The notes under the pieces were generated by a model. It was not told the origin of the DNA. It saw only the letters and a list, made by a program, of their open reading frames with translations, and searched no databases. From Kudoa neothunni (lineage: Eukaryota; Animalia; Cnidaria), in the NCBI GenBank assembly GCA_964304625.1, contig OZ199838.1, forward strand, positions 3,374,440-3,438,439: a DNA stretch of 64,000 nucleotides, in the 5' to 3' direction. A program made the position numbers and the translations under genes. The first letter of the stretch is position 1. Each line of letters opens with the position of its first letter. Shown here piece by piece: positions 1-13,417 of this stretch.

Positions 1-1297
1 TAATCTTATTGTTATCGCAACACCTGTTGGATTTACATGTTTGATAATATGAAATGAATTGAAATGTGCAGCGCGACGATTCAAATTGTCCGGATCGAAT
101 ATGGGACATGCAGATATAATTATAGAAAGCCCTACAAAAACCAATTCAATCAATACAATAGTAGAGTATAAATAACGTTTGACTGGGATGAACGGATTCT
201 CTTTGAAAAACCTGTAGAAAAGCCCCACAATAGGCTCTCCAGTTTTTACTTCTGGTTTCCCGGGAAAGCACCATCTCCACAATAGATACTAAACAATTAT
301 TGAAATGTGAATGTTGCTATTGTGGATGATAGTATGAGAAATAATTGAGGTTTTCAAATCGTTACCATAGATCCTGGTATTCCAATAAGAACACACAAAT
401 AATACAGAACAATTATCTTCAACAATAAAACAGGTTAAAAAAATAACACAATACACACATTTAATATTACAGTGGGTGGGGTTTTATCGCTTAACAACCA
501 AATCGGTAATGCAATTCCGTATTTGTGTTGAGTGGGTCCGTCCAAATTACCATATCTTTCCCATTTTTCTCGACTCGAATCGTCAGTCAAACTATAAACA
601 ATGTTAAATAGGAGGATAAATGTGGTATTGTTGTGGGCCAACAACAATCAGTGTTATCATTACATTTTGTAAGCATCCGATATTTCCATAAACTTTTTTG
701 GATCTCCACCATGATCTGGATGGTTTTTGAGTAGAAGTCTTTTGTAGGCCCTTTTAACCTGTTTTAAAGTAGCTCTCTAAATATATAGTGTTGTTGTTAT
801 AGTTGACAGTGGGCTGATTCAAACAATCCAACTTGATCAATCTCCAACACATCAAATGGATCACTAATAGATGGTGAGGTCTCTTCTATGGGGATGCTTC
901 GTATTTTTATGATGATCAATGCCAAAATCACATAACCACACAATAACAGTCCAAGTCTATTATAATTAAAGTAAACTACAACAATAAATAACAGCTCACC
1001 TAGTGACAATGTAGTAGGGATCTCTTGCTATCATTTCAACTCGATCGTCTTTTAATTTACATTGTCTGCATCTGCATCTTATGCTGAATCTGTTTCTATC
1101 GTTTTCCTCTAACAATTACATGGTAGAGCCCAATTATCATGCTGTCCAACAGAATCGAAAATCCTAAATGAGATACTTTTCTTTTTGTAAAATGACCATG
1201 AGTACGCAAACGATAAAATAGATAGAATGAGACCATATGTGAACCCGGCGAAAAGCCATATGTCTCTCGATGAAGCGTCACTCGAGTATTGGACCAT
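1..1297 (-). CDS. SEC63: Translocation protein SEC63 homolog (5' part, multi-exon, runs off window start)
   Basis: Spliced translation gives TM segments, a J-domain (DPFDVLEIDQ/RATLKQVKRAYKRLLLKNHPDHGGDPKKFMEISDAYK, with HPD) and LTDDSSREKWERYGNLDGPTQHKYGIALPIWLL, matching the Sec63 signature LTDEESRKNWEEFGNPDGPQATSFGIALPAWIV. Introns are GT-AG. Confidence 0.9.
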
Positions 1298-2529
1298 TTT
1301 AGATTTTTGCCTAACGCATGCGTGACGCTGACTTCAAAATTAGCTGACGCGTTAGGCGTATTAAATGGTTACACCTTGTGTGTTTGTAATTATAAGTCTG
1401 GCGTCGATTAAACCGAAAATGTATGTTGGTCTCGATAATTTCCAATCAGGTGTTGAGTACTGCGCAGGAAAAACCATAAGAACAAAAGAGTGATAGCTAA
1501 TATAACTAAATCTAAATCTAAAGCTAATGTGGGTTATTCTAAGTTATGATGATCATAACATAGGAGGTGAAAATTAAACAAAACTTTTCAACCAATTGCA
1601 TTATGTTATATATAACTTGATTATAATATATATGCGTATGTATATAATTGGGGTGAACAAGATTGGAGTTGTTTCTAAATCTTGGATATTTACAGGTGAC
1701 TAACACCCACATTTCGATTTTATAATCAGGGAGTGCCAACATATTTACAAACAGACTTTGATAATAGGATGGCGAAATCATGTTAGCGTATTGACTATTG
1801 ACACTGAGGCAATTGTAGCATGATCAGCAAGTACCGTGGACTTTATTGGTCGAATGACTTAACATCTCAAGCAGCACAGGTGTTTTGCTGCATATTAATA
1901 AATATTTTTTAATTCAAATTTCAAAAAATCGACTACTATCGAGAGATAGTTTGGTCTTTATCCTTCTAAATAAAATGAGGTAGATTTCTACCCCAAGTGA
2001 ATTTCCTCAAACAATATTATAAGGTATAGATGGGACATAACTCCTCTCCACTTTTTGTAATCTTTATGAAAACTTTCAGAAAAATGAGTTGAATTTTTTT
2101 GTCATATATCAAAAAAGTTAATGTAAAAACACCTTACAACTAAAATTATTTAAAATATTGATAAATGTAATTTTTAAAAATTTCCGGAAATTCTATCGAG
2201 TAAACAATGAATAAATAACAAAACACTATACACGCAACGCAACGCGACGCAAGCCCGAATGTGCAACGTCGAGCGCAACGTCGATATAAGCCTGGGCTGC
2301 TAGTGGGGTTTTAGAAAAAACCCAAGGATGGAGATGGACGGTCAAAAAACACTAGTTTAAGTAAACAACACTAGTTTAAAGTACAAAAAAATAGAATCAT
2401 ATCTATTAAAGTTTTTAATCATCTTCCGAGTCTTCAAATACGTCTACAGATATTAAATTTAAATTTATCGTCGTATTATTGTAATTTATTGGCGCCAACA
2501 CTCGTTCAAACCTAATGTCTAGTATAGAT

Positions 2530-3009
2530 CAATGTGTTCACAATGATTAATTAATTCATAATTCAAGATATATTTTGAAATAACGTTAAATTTTCTAATA
2601 ATATGCGACAATGTTAACTGAACAATTGTGCTGTCGTTCGATATCATCGTAAATGTTTAAACCCTGCACGATATAATCTGAGTAGGATACGTTATTCAAA
2701 ATATAAATATTAATGTTGCACAAAATAAAATTTGTGTTATTATTCAATGTTTAGAGGTTTTCCGTAAAAAACCAAGATTTTAAAGAAAAATAAGAAAAAC
2801 CAAGCAGTGGACGGCCTTATTAAAATTATTAACGCTCATGCGCGGATGTCGTTTAGGATTAAAATTTATCATCCAATTGGTGTCTGCCTTAATTAAACCA
2901 GTATAACACCCTAAAGTAAATATGAATTTAGTCCTCAAGTTAATGAGGTAAACTTGGAATTTTCATCAGACCGAGGAGGTAAATTAAAAAAAAAGATTGA
3001 GAACCCCTG
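2530..3009. mobile_element. Degenerate non-autonomous hAT-like element
   Basis: The right end ...GATTGAGAACCCCTG resembles a Charlie-type TIR. The left end CAATGTGTTCACAAT is only a degenerate match and the TSD is weak. Confidence 0.3.
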
Positions 3010-4037
3010 ATCTAAATCAAAACACCAATTGTTTAAATCAAAATGCAACCATTCTTTTAGAATAAAACAACTGTTTATTGGCGTTTCTTAAAGTAAAAAT
3101 ACATTTTTTAATCAAAAAGCAATTTTTACATATGCTCAGGCTCAGCAATATGTCACTTCAATTAACACTCTTACTCAATCAAAATTGAATTAACAAAAAT
3201 AAACGAATATCTGTGACACTGTATGTATGGATATATAACTGTACGAATATATGAATGCGAAATAAAGTTATTCTGTGAGTAGAAGTAATTAAGGTTCGGT
3301 CGATTTCATGTGGAATGCCTCAGAAATATATAAACGAATAAATTGCTGAGTGTATGGGTGGGTGTTCACAAATAAACGATTGGGCGAATTTTAAAACGAA
3401 ATCGAGAAGGTTTTTGTTCAGTCAGTAAAAAGTGGTGACCGTCGATCTAATTTCTCCAAAGTGTAAAAACCATTCATTCAAGTTTTAGTAGATGAGGATT
3501 GTACAGCAAGTTTAGCGTAAATTGTCTAAAAACTCATTCTCCTACCACATTATAGTTCTCTTTTGGATTCAAGTGAGGTATCCTCCAATCACTTGATATC
3601 AGTTGTACGAAATAAAAATCCTTCAGACAACAACAATTATTTAATGCTTATTATTGGGAGGACCACATAAAATCTCGTCTAAACAAAAGTTCAATTACTA
3701 CAACCATTCTGGCTCATAGGTTATTAATCGTGTTCTACACTCAGATACTATTGATAATTGTAAAATATTCAACCCAATGAATGTAATCACTAGATTGAAA
3801 GTAGTGTTTTCTTAACATAGATATAGATTATGTAACATTAACAGTACGCGAAATAACTACAAAATTTCCGCATTTAATAAAAATTAGCGAACAAGGATAA
3901 ACAATCACATTTTGAGTCAAATAAAACACAATATGGTCGTCTAAAAATATATTCCAAACTATTGCATTCATATAACCGACATTGATGACAACCAACGCCG
4001 TCTTCTATACGAACAAAAAGCTTCCGCATATCATGAC

Positions 4038-4966
4038 TCAATCCATTCTAGCACGTAACACGTATCGGGTGGTTTTGTCTTTCTCTCTATAATAACAACT
4101 CACACTCCAGACCAGCAATTTTTAATAAAACATACACCAAATACACAACAACACCCCATCCACTGTAGGCATCTCTGTCGATGGCATTCATAAAAGCTTG
4201 TGAGATAGTTTCAAATAGAGCTTTAGAATCCTATAGAAGAAGATTATCGTTAATAACGAACGAATGAAGTGAGCACATAAATAGTACCATATTTGGTCTC
4301 CACAAACTTTCACAGATACCTTGCAACTGTTCAAAACTTGTGCCAACAGCAACAAAATCTTCACTCTCCATGGTGCATCCAATGAGATCACATGAAGCAA
4401 TAAAAGGTTTAGCGGTCTCTGGATCGAAGCCACATATAATTGGTTCAATAAAGAAAGGGCCAAATCTTTAACCATATCATTGCACTACCAACCATTACAA
4501 TAGTTAAAGTACCTTCTCTTATACAACAAATTGCTCATAATATTCATCAGAACCTGTGGTTTTAGGAGTCTATCTTCGTTTATCTTATAAAGATTGACTT
4601 CACTTTCAGTTTCTTCTTTTCTAATTATACACGAATTAAAGTAGGATTCTTAGCCGAATATCCATGAATTGACACAACAACAAAGTATCTAATCCAATCC
4701 AATGAAAATTCCTAGTCACTTACACTGTCAAAACATCAGTGGCCAGTCCACCAAGTCCTATATACAAGGATTCATCCATTTTAAAGATTTTCTCAAAGTT
4801 GGTGCTGACTGTTTGGAACTGGAATCCAAATCTTAGATCACATGCCATGGCATAACAATCTGAGCCTTTCATTGCCAACACAGATCCTCCATTTAATTTG
4901 CTAGGCTATAATAGTTACAAAAATCATAATTTTTATTCCTATGTAACAAAATAAACCTACATCCAT
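4038..4966 (-). CDS. PSMB3: Proteasome subunit beta type-3
   Basis: Spliced translation [29 protein letters not shown]...[15 protein letters not shown]...[16 protein letters not shown]...CESLWRPNM...[11 protein letters not shown]...VLRARMD* is colinear with PSMB3. Confidence 0.96.
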
Positions 4967-5017
4967 CGTAAATTGTGTCACGCTTGCGCACAGAATGTGT
5001 GGTAAAGGCTTACAATA
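4967..5017. promoter_or_regulatory. 51-bp bidirectional promoter between PSMB3 and CCDC90
   Basis: Head-to-head ATGs with an NRF1-like ACGCTTGCGCA at 4980-4990. Confidence 0.65.
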
Positions 5018-6037
5018 ATGCTGCGGAGGGCGATACCGTTTCAAACTTTTCGAACCTACCCCAAACGAAATTGTCACAAAATAATAGATCAACTAAAGTC
5101 AGATTCAAATCCACAAAAAATACCCAAAAATATCGACAAAAAAATGGATCTTCATCCAATTTCCTTCCACGTGGATTACGCCGAATTATATGAGAATTTT
5201 ATAAATACTGGTATAATTTCTACAATCTTTATGAAAGATAAACAATTTTTATCACCAAGGATTCACTGTTGATCAGGCAAAATGCCTAAAAAGCATCCTG
5301 TTCAATCAAAACAAAACATTTATAACAACAAATAATAATTTGTGCGAATTAAAAAATACGCTAGTAAATCGTAGCCTTCTCATTTTTTATTACTCGAGAA
5401 AAATGTAGGATAGTATTGATAGAAAATTAGACCTACAAATAAATACTATCAAGTAGTTGATAGGCAACTAATTTTTGTAACTTATAAGTTTCTCCACAGA
5501 AAAGATATGGTTATACTGGAGAAAAGCGAGTTTTCTATGTTACGCACTGAAAATGAAGTATCACCTAATACTGTCTCTGTCTATTTTATGAGTTACGTGA
5601 CTTAGAAAATCAGGGATCAACTCGGTTTAGTATCAAAAGACATGACAGTATTGTGTTCACATTCATTTTCTCTTAGTTAATTTAGCAAAATATCTCAAGA
5701 ATGCGATCAAATATTACTGTAGAGTTCAGCTTGGAAAAGGCGAAAACTAGAGAAGATGTAACTGCATGCTGTAGTAATCAATCTCTAATCTATCCCTCAA
5801 CTAGATTGCCATGCAAGAACAACGCATCAAAGACACTAACAATCGTATTGACACTGAGGTAGTTGTTTTCGAATGAAAAACTCTTTTCTATCAAAGTTAT
5901 GATTTGAAAAGATGGCAAAGATGCAAAAGGATCTTGAACAACAAAAATCAGACCTCATCAAATACATTTTGGCCACTCTTGTCTCCTTCACTATGATTGC
6001 ATTGACTATCTCAAGAATCGTTACTAGTTTTACTTAG
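5018..6037 (+). CDS. CCDC90B/MCUR1 family mitochondrial coiled-coil protein (DUF1640)
   Basis: Arg-rich presequence-like start MLRRAIPFQTFRTYPKR, then GFTVDQAK, the family motif KDMVILEKSEFSMLRTENE (5497-5557), NRIDTE and a C-terminal TM segment KSDLIKYILATLVSFTMIALTISR. All introns are GT-AG. Confidence 0.9.
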
Positions 6038-6164
6038 CGACTCTTTTGTATTTATTAAATGTAGTTATCATTTTTTCTATGTGAGGCGAGTTTCGTTTTT
6101 TACTTAATACTAAGCTATTATTGCGCAAAAAAATGAAACAAATTATTAAATTATAACAGATAAA

Positions 6165-6813
6165 TTATGGTTCATTTGAATTTTCTTTCAATATTTTCGG
6201 ATTGCTATCTTCGGTTATAAATGCATCCGTAACTGGACGTTTTTCAGGAGAGTGAGATGCGTTTTCCATTCTGCTTTCAGTTTCCTCAATTGCTTCATCA
6301 GTTGCGTCGTTGAGAGTGGGAGTCGAGTTAACAATTATCTCGTTCTCCTTCTCTTGATCTACAATCTCTTCTGATGCATTTCGACTTTGAGAGACATTTT
6401 TCATGGCTAAATTAATTTAACATAAACAATTATTAACAACTCAATTGCTTACAATCGACGAACAACTTCAATTCGTGGCCAAAAAAAGAAAACCCAGAAA
6501 TTTTTAATGCGGCTGTTATATCATCGGGGAATATGGTTTTTCGTTTGCAATTTGTTACATTACTCATTGCACTTAAATGATTTTCAAAAAATTATCATTT
6601 TTCGAAAAATAAACTTGTGTGTTAAGTATAAAATAAAAACAGAACCCCATTGTGCCAATATAGTTCTCACATCTTTAGAGAGATGAGCATCTTTGGGCAG
6701 CTAAAATAGCTCAGAGTCTAATAACTGAAGCAACCATATACTGCATCTTTGAGTATTCGATTTACAACAGCAATCGGTAGGTGAAGTTCATCGGCCTTAT
6801 CATCCTGATCCAT
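6165..6813 (-). CDS. POLE3: DNA polymerase epsilon subunit 3 / CHRAC17 (histone-fold)
   Basis: Four exons give MDQDDKADELHLPIAVVNRILKDALPKDAHLSKDVRTILAQWGSVFILYLTHNA...KRKTIFPDDITAAL plus an acidic tail (ORF 6165..6404). Confidence 0.9.
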
Positions 6814-8658
6814 AATGATTTTGATATCAATGGGTTTAAAAGTTTAAACAATGATATTTTTAGTTAAAGACGCTGCACGAGAATCAAATAACAGTCAGAG
6901 TTAGGCGGAAAATTAATCTATGTTAGCGCATGCGCGAAACAGACATCCTATATGTAACAAGTGAGTTCGTCACCGCCATTAATACTGAGCGAATTCTCGC
7001 GGTCGTGATGGATGCCACGATCCCATTTATTACACTATATATCGTCAAAGTTGCGTTGCCAACCCAAATCGGACAAATTAGAATTTTTTGTAAAAATGGA
7101 ATTATTATTTAATTATATGTAAAATATTACATTCATTTATAATTAACTCAGAAACTTCAAATCTATGACATCATTTGCTCGATGTGTTGAAAAACTTCCT
7201 CATTCGAAACAAGATCCTCTAATGCAGGGCAAAACATTCTATTTCTTCTGATTTTTTCGACATTTCCAGAAAATAAAAATTCTCTTTTCGTAAAGGCGTT
7301 TACCAGAGTTGGTTAAAGTAAAGATGTGCTATATTTTCGGATGGAATTAAAAATATTTCGCCGACAAACAACGCTCAAAAAGTCGATTATTGATAATTTA
7401 ATTAATCCAAATTCGGAGTAAATAAGTTAAATTTGAAATTTTATCATAAAAATTAAGTAAAAATTCTAGCGGTTTTTGGCGTTATTTAATTTTTTTGATT
7501 CTTCTGTATCTAAAGTTCACAATTTGTATAAATGAATAAAATTGCACTGTGAGTTGAATATCATGTAGTTTTTAGGAGCTAAAATTCAGTAAAATTGATA
7601 GTTCGATGAATAATCATTATAAAAATAGTTTTTTATAACAAACTAAATTTTTTTCTATTTATAGGATAAATTTTATATTTTAATATGGAATTATGTAATT
7701 ATGTAATGCCGAAATGATTCTATCTCCGATTAAAAATGGCTATAGATTTTGTAAAAAGCATGTTTTACATTTTTAAAATTTTATAATTTTTTATTTAAGT
7801 TATAGTATGTATATTTAGAGAAATAATCATTAGGCTAACTGTGGCACCAATTCTAAATCTGCTATTAGCTATCAGCCATTGGAGAATATAGTGATGAATA
7901 AATTTTTTATTCGAATGTACTCCTCTTATATGTTTATTTGTGTAAAATCAATTTATATTTGTTTATAATCAATTGTTGAGAGAAGAATATGGAATTAACT
8001 GTGTTTATTCTAATAGTAAATATTATCTTCATAAACTTTTATTACATTAAGGAAGATTCTTTCTTTATGTTTAATTATAAATGTTGAGATATTACCGTTG
8101 AAATTTAATGATAATTTTGGGATAAAACATCACAATTTCTGTTCAACGCTGACTCCTAACATCTTGGCGCGAAATTATTTTCAATAATGCTTTCAATTTG
8201 ATGTTAAAATGAGATCGAAAATTACGCTTTATTTAATGACCAAACATTAAAAACAGATATTTTAAGGTCGTCTATATTTTACACAAGTGTTAATGTGTTC
8301 AAAATATCCTTGTTCTATAACTAAGTAGCACATTATCCGTCAACTTCTTAAAATTACAATGGTGCATATGCGTGATATTAATTTCAAAATTATCACTTGT
8401 ATTCTTGTTGAATGTACACATAGTTACGTATATATTATAATTTGAGGGAAAAAGTTTACCATAAGTTTAATGAATTTTTTAATGAGCAAAGTATTACTGA
8501 CAAATATTTAACCGAGGTAATATATGATTAAGTTTTGTTAAACAACCAAATTCACTGAATTAAATAACTTAATTACGTAATTAGGGTTTATTAATTTGTA
8601 TTTTCAATATTCAGACTTACTTGATATATAGGATAAATTCTCTTATTAAACAGCTTTT

Positions 8659-10852
8659 TTAACCCTCTAAAGGTTTGGGGTACACTCTACTTCAAAACGA
8701 TTTTTACCTCGCAATATTTCATTGTTTTCAACAGAAAATTTCTGGTAATTTTGTGTATTCTTTAAAAAAAATAAGTTTAGTAAATTGAAAATTTTTTAAT
8801 TGATTAAATATTAAACTTTGTATATAAAAATTATCTTCTAAAGTTTTAAAGGTAAAAAATATCCCAATATTATTTACTAGAATTAACGAAAAACTGTATG
8901 TATGAAAATGATCACATTTCAGTGATGTTGTGCGGGTTAGTTATGAAAGTGATTCAAGTTTATTGCGCTATTATTCAAAAGGCGGATGCTCAATCCTTCA
9001 CAAGATAAAACGTGAGCGCTAGCGTTAACTTTAGTGACAATATTTCTTCATCTGGAAGTGAATTTGAAGACTATGGTACAGATGGATATGAATTGACAAA
9101 TGATGAAATTGAAGTTAACGAGATTCATGCTGAATCCTTGCGTGGCAAGCGTGGGACTTCATGGATAGTTTCAAAGCCCCATAACCAAAACATGTGCGGA
9201 AAATGTGATGGACTCTATCCAGGGCCTACTTGTTACACAATTCTAAAAGTAGAATATTTTCTGAACTCTTTCAAATTTTTTTTATCGCAGAAATTTGTAA
9301 TAAAATTATATATTTTACCAATCTATTTGGGAAGCATAAATTCAAAGATGACTGGTGTGACATGGACGTTATCGAATTTCTGGGTTATTTAGGTCTTCTC
9401 ATGTTAATGGGAACTCACAATGATAGGCAAAAACTCATATGCGAACTTTTAGTTTTAAAGAAGGGAAAGAAATATACCGGCGGTAGTTTTCTCGGACGAT
9501 TAAAGAAGATTTGGCTTGCCCCTCATTTTGATAATTTCAACACCAGAATGCAACGCAGGAATGCCGATAAATTTTGTCCTATACGTGGTTTATGGGATTA
9601 ATGGGTTGAGATACTTCCTAAATGTTTCGCTCCACATCAAGATGTAACTATCGACGAGAAACTGGTTTCATTTCGAGGTCGATCCAATTGCAAATTATGA
9701 AAAAAATGTTTCAATATATCTTGGTAAAGATTGTTTTGAAGCGCTGCGGCAGTGTAACGTCAGAGAAAGTGTTGTTCTTTCATTGTCGACACCATTGTTA
9801 TACTCCGGCAGAAATATCGTAGCTGATAATTTTTTTCATCACATCCACTAACAAAAATATTGTTTGAAAAAAAAGATTAACCTTCTTGGGAACATTACGA
9901 AAAAACAAAAAAGAAATTCCAAACTATCTTTTACCCTTAAAAAAGTGAGATTTATAATAGCAAATTTGTATTTCACAAAAAGTTCATGTTGGTATCATAC
10001 ATAATACATATATCAGAAAGCTAAGTGTGTTATCCAGTTGCCACTGGTACAACGGACGATACTATTTCGGACGAGACATTAAAGTTCAAGCCCAAGATAA
10101 TACTGGATTACAACAAATCTAAAGGTGGTGTGGACAATGTCGATAGGATATTATTTTTGTCTTTGTTTGCCGATTCACCAGAAGATGGCTTGTAATAGTG
10201 TTCTTCAGCATGATTGATTTATCTTTAGTTACCGCTTTTGCAATATATAAAGATGTATTTAACTATGAGAGGAAGATTAGGCGCACTTTTTAAAGAAATT
10301 GCAGAGAAGCTTTATAATCCGATGCTAACGCGAAATTCATCAGACAAGATCATTAAGAGAAAAAACCACCAATTCTTTCATCAATTAACAAAATTCCACC
10401 TATTGATGTAAAGTTTTCAAGGTGTGAATATTGTGTGCGGAAAAAGGACAAGAAAACAATAAAATGGTGCAAAATTTGTTATAAATTTTTCCTATGCACG
10501 CATCAAACACTCGTTGGAAATGTTGTGAAAAAGAATATATTTTAAATTTATATTATTTTGGTACATCATAAAGTTTGAAACTTTACTAATTTTGGCGATA
10601 AAACATTATTTATGTTAAATAATGTGATCGAATGTTTACGATTAGTGCCCCGCAAGTACGATGCGGATTAGATTAGGATTAAATTAGAATGTTAATGCTT
10701 ATTTTACGGAGATAAAATAATTAAAATTAGTCAGAACTTAAGGATTGTCTTCGGAAAAAATTTTAGTTAATGAATTAAGTAAAATAATTGTGGAAATATT
10801 TTATCCCGAAGACACTACAAGCACATTGTTTTTTTGATTCTAAGAGGGTTAA
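8659..10852 (+). mobile_element. Decayed piggyBac transposon
   Basis: TTAA-CCCTCT...AGAGGG-TTAA ends. Frameshifted transposase pieces include TIDEKLVSFRGR, DNFF and YNKSKGGVDNVD, with a Cys-rich tail. Confidence 0.9.
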
Positions 10853-11686
10853 ATAATAATATAAAAATTGTTTTATAAAAGGATGGAAACCATCAGGAAT
10901 GTATACGTAACCTTCGCTGGTTGTAAAAATTATTAAATTACTATTTTAAAATTTCCGAGTAAACTCACTTTGCTAAATAATCTAAGATATTTTAATTTGA
11001 AGACGAACCAAGGAATCACGACTATAATTTGTTTAAATCCATTATAGTACAAAATTATTTTATGGAAATTTATTTTGTCCTTATTTATAGATAACAATTT
11101 TTAGCACATTCAGATTCAGTGCGGCTTATTCAATAATAACACTATTTTATCGTGGAAATACGCCAAGTTTTTCGAATTTACTTGACCAAGCTATTGCATA
11201 ATTACTTAAAAAGTACTGCGAAAATATTAAAAGAGAATCTATATTCCACGATATTACAAGTAAGTTAACTCCCAAATTTTGATTTTGTATGGATGTGAAT
11301 CATTTATATTTACCAAAAAATTTCAGGAATACGATTTCGATTATGAGATCATTGATTATTTGAATAATTCGGTTTTGATATTCGAGTGATTATTCTCAGA
11401 TTTAAACTGTGAAAGGGAAGAATTTAAAACGATGCAAACGAAGGTATTATCAAAGATATAACGGAAACTATGCATTAAAGTGTAGTAGACTTTGTTTGTT
11501 TACATGGTCAAACATTTGGCGCAAATTGTTAGGTTGTTAAGTTTGGCCTGGTTAGACCCTCTCCATTTACGCCTTAGGCACCGCAACACCATATTAAGGT
11601 AACTTGCGCTTATGCGGTAATATGGGATTTTAACCTATTAAACTTCCTCGTTGCGGAGCAACCACCATCCCAACCATACCCTGGAC

Positions 11687-12546
11687 CAGTGGTCGGGGAC
11701 CTTCTGTGGTGAGACAGCCATACTATTGTATACGCGCCAAATGACAAAAGAAAACACAAAGTTAATTGAAAAAAGCGCGAGGGAGTGTACTCGCAAAATA
11801 TAACATTAGTTTAAATAGGGTGAGGGGCTCTAAATCCCGATGTTGTCCGGCCTTCATTTCTGACAATTTGTACCGCCGTTTTCGATGGTAAGATGGTTTC
11901 ATAATGTGGTAAATATTTATAGGATGTATTGGTCCCACGTTTCTCCACCAAATCTAAGTAACAGTGCAAGTGGTGTAATTCATGGAGAAACGGGGACCAA
12001 ATACTGTTTGAATAAAGAAGGACACGGTTTGCGATTCTTGCCGCAACGGTGATTCCGTTTTGGCGCCAATTCGTGGAAGGCTCGAGACCCAAAACATACA
12101 ACATATTTTAAAACTAAAAATAGAAATATCTGTGTCCGTTTTATATAATTCCAACACTTTAATGTAAAACAAGTCATTAAATTCTTTTTAATCGCATTTC
12201 ACACTATTGCCAATCAAAGAAGAATATTTCTCATCATCAATGCGATTTCGGATTCTGCATGGTATTGCAGATGGCTTTGTAGTCTGGTCGACACGCGGTA
12301 AAATTAGTCTTCATTCCAGCGTTGAAACTTCCATCCTTAAACGTGACCGTAGTTTGGTCTTAATATCTTTTAACTGTAGAAGGACTGCTCACATACACAC
12401 TAACATTGTCATTACTGCAATACTCCTACGCTGCAGTAAATAACTGACATTCCGTAGTGATAGTTTCGCATATTCGCAAAGGATTTAACGAAATAGTTTT
12501 CTAAATTACATATTTGTCTGTGAGTCATAGGTTCCGAACCCCTGCA
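11687..12546 (-). mobile_element. Non-autonomous Charlie-like hAT element, copy 1 (carries an LTR-like insertion)
   Basis: TIRs CAGTGGTCGGGGACCT / AGGTTCCGAACCCCTG with the flanking 8-mer CCCTGGAC on both sides. Colinear with 51812-52354 and 59165-59712. Confidence 0.85.
11724..12095 (-). mobile_element. ~370-bp solo-LTR-like repeat, copy 1
   Basis: Inverted homolog of 43570-43948. It is absent from the other hAT copies and is flanked by a 4-bp duplication ATAC (11720-11723, 12096-12099). Confidence 0.7.
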
Positions 12547-13185
12547 CCCTGGACTAACACCCAGAATTAGTCTGGGAAATTCGTCTGAATGCGGGCGTTG
12601 GCTCCGCAGAAATCCCCACTGGACTTTATTTCGTTCATGTATCTCGGCGTTTAAGAGCGCCCAAGTTCTACCCAGCTGCAAGCATGAACACGATAAATCG
12701 TAGATCCTTGCAATTACTACAGTCTTCCTACTTAATTTCGGATTAGGAATACAGGTACACCCAGACTAGACGTCGAACTCGCAACCTCGAGGTATACGAC
12801 CTCGATCAGACACCGCTATGCCATATTGTGCAGGTCCTATTAAGTGTAATGGAGATCCAATGGATTATTCAGGAGTCTAAGCCGGTAGTAAAAAAGATAG
12901 CATCTATAAAGTTTCACCATTGAGTAATTTGTGTATATAAATTAAAGGTTAAATTAAACCATTATTTGAAGTTTTAATATAGTTTATTTTGCGAAAACAA
13001 GGTATAAATATTAGAGTTGGAGAATCGTAACAATCCAGAAAAACAATATATCATCAATACTTAAAATTAATTTTATATTGGCTTCTCTTACATCATTGCT
13101 ACTGAAACTTCCATAAAATTACGGTAAATCGAATTTTAATTACGTCGAAATAATTCAACACTTTATAATACAAATTATAGGCACA

Positions 13186-13188
<3 letters not shown>

Positions 13189-13218
<30 letters not shown>
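13189..13218. repeat. (AT)n microsatellite
   Basis: About 15 AT units. Confidence 0.95.
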
Positions 13219-13223
<5 letters not shown>

Positions 13224-13417
13224 TTTTATGTCACCTTTAAATGAAGTTAACTTGATAAAATTTTATCCAGTAAACTACTTTATGTAATTAAATAAATTTT
13301 TATTGATGACATTTAAATCTAGATAGATGAAGAGATCATGTGCCCCTGCGCAAGCGCGGATTTCATTCGAATTAAGGTGATCTGGAAGGTTGAGGTGTCT
13401 CCAACGATTATACAAAT

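Larger units (their letters stand above)
11478..12838 (+). other. Structured GC-rich non-coding island A (11478-11686 plus 12547-12838), interrupted by a hAT insertion
   Basis: Helices CCATATTA/TAATATGG, GTTCATGT/GCATGAAC, GGCGTTT/GAGCGCC, TCGAGGT/ACCTCGA and TTAGTCTGGG/CCCAGACTAG. No credible ORF. Confidence 0.55.

Noticed and set aside
1419-1900. Possible small spliced + strand gene head-to-head with SEC63 (faint SERP1/RAMP4 resemblance)
   Set aside because: Splice-like signals exist but I could not assemble a stop-free frame.
2230-2305. GCAAC repeats ending in CTAGT, like a Helitron 3' end
   Set aside because: No convincing subterminal hairpin, 5' end or second copy.
4188-4475. 95-aa ORF from the track
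   Set aside because: It is an alternative frame over PSMB3 exons.
5500-6170. Apparent minus-strand gene with non-canonical AT-AG introns
   Set aside because: The region is the + strand CCDC90 gene, and the supposed donor is the POLE3 stop codon.
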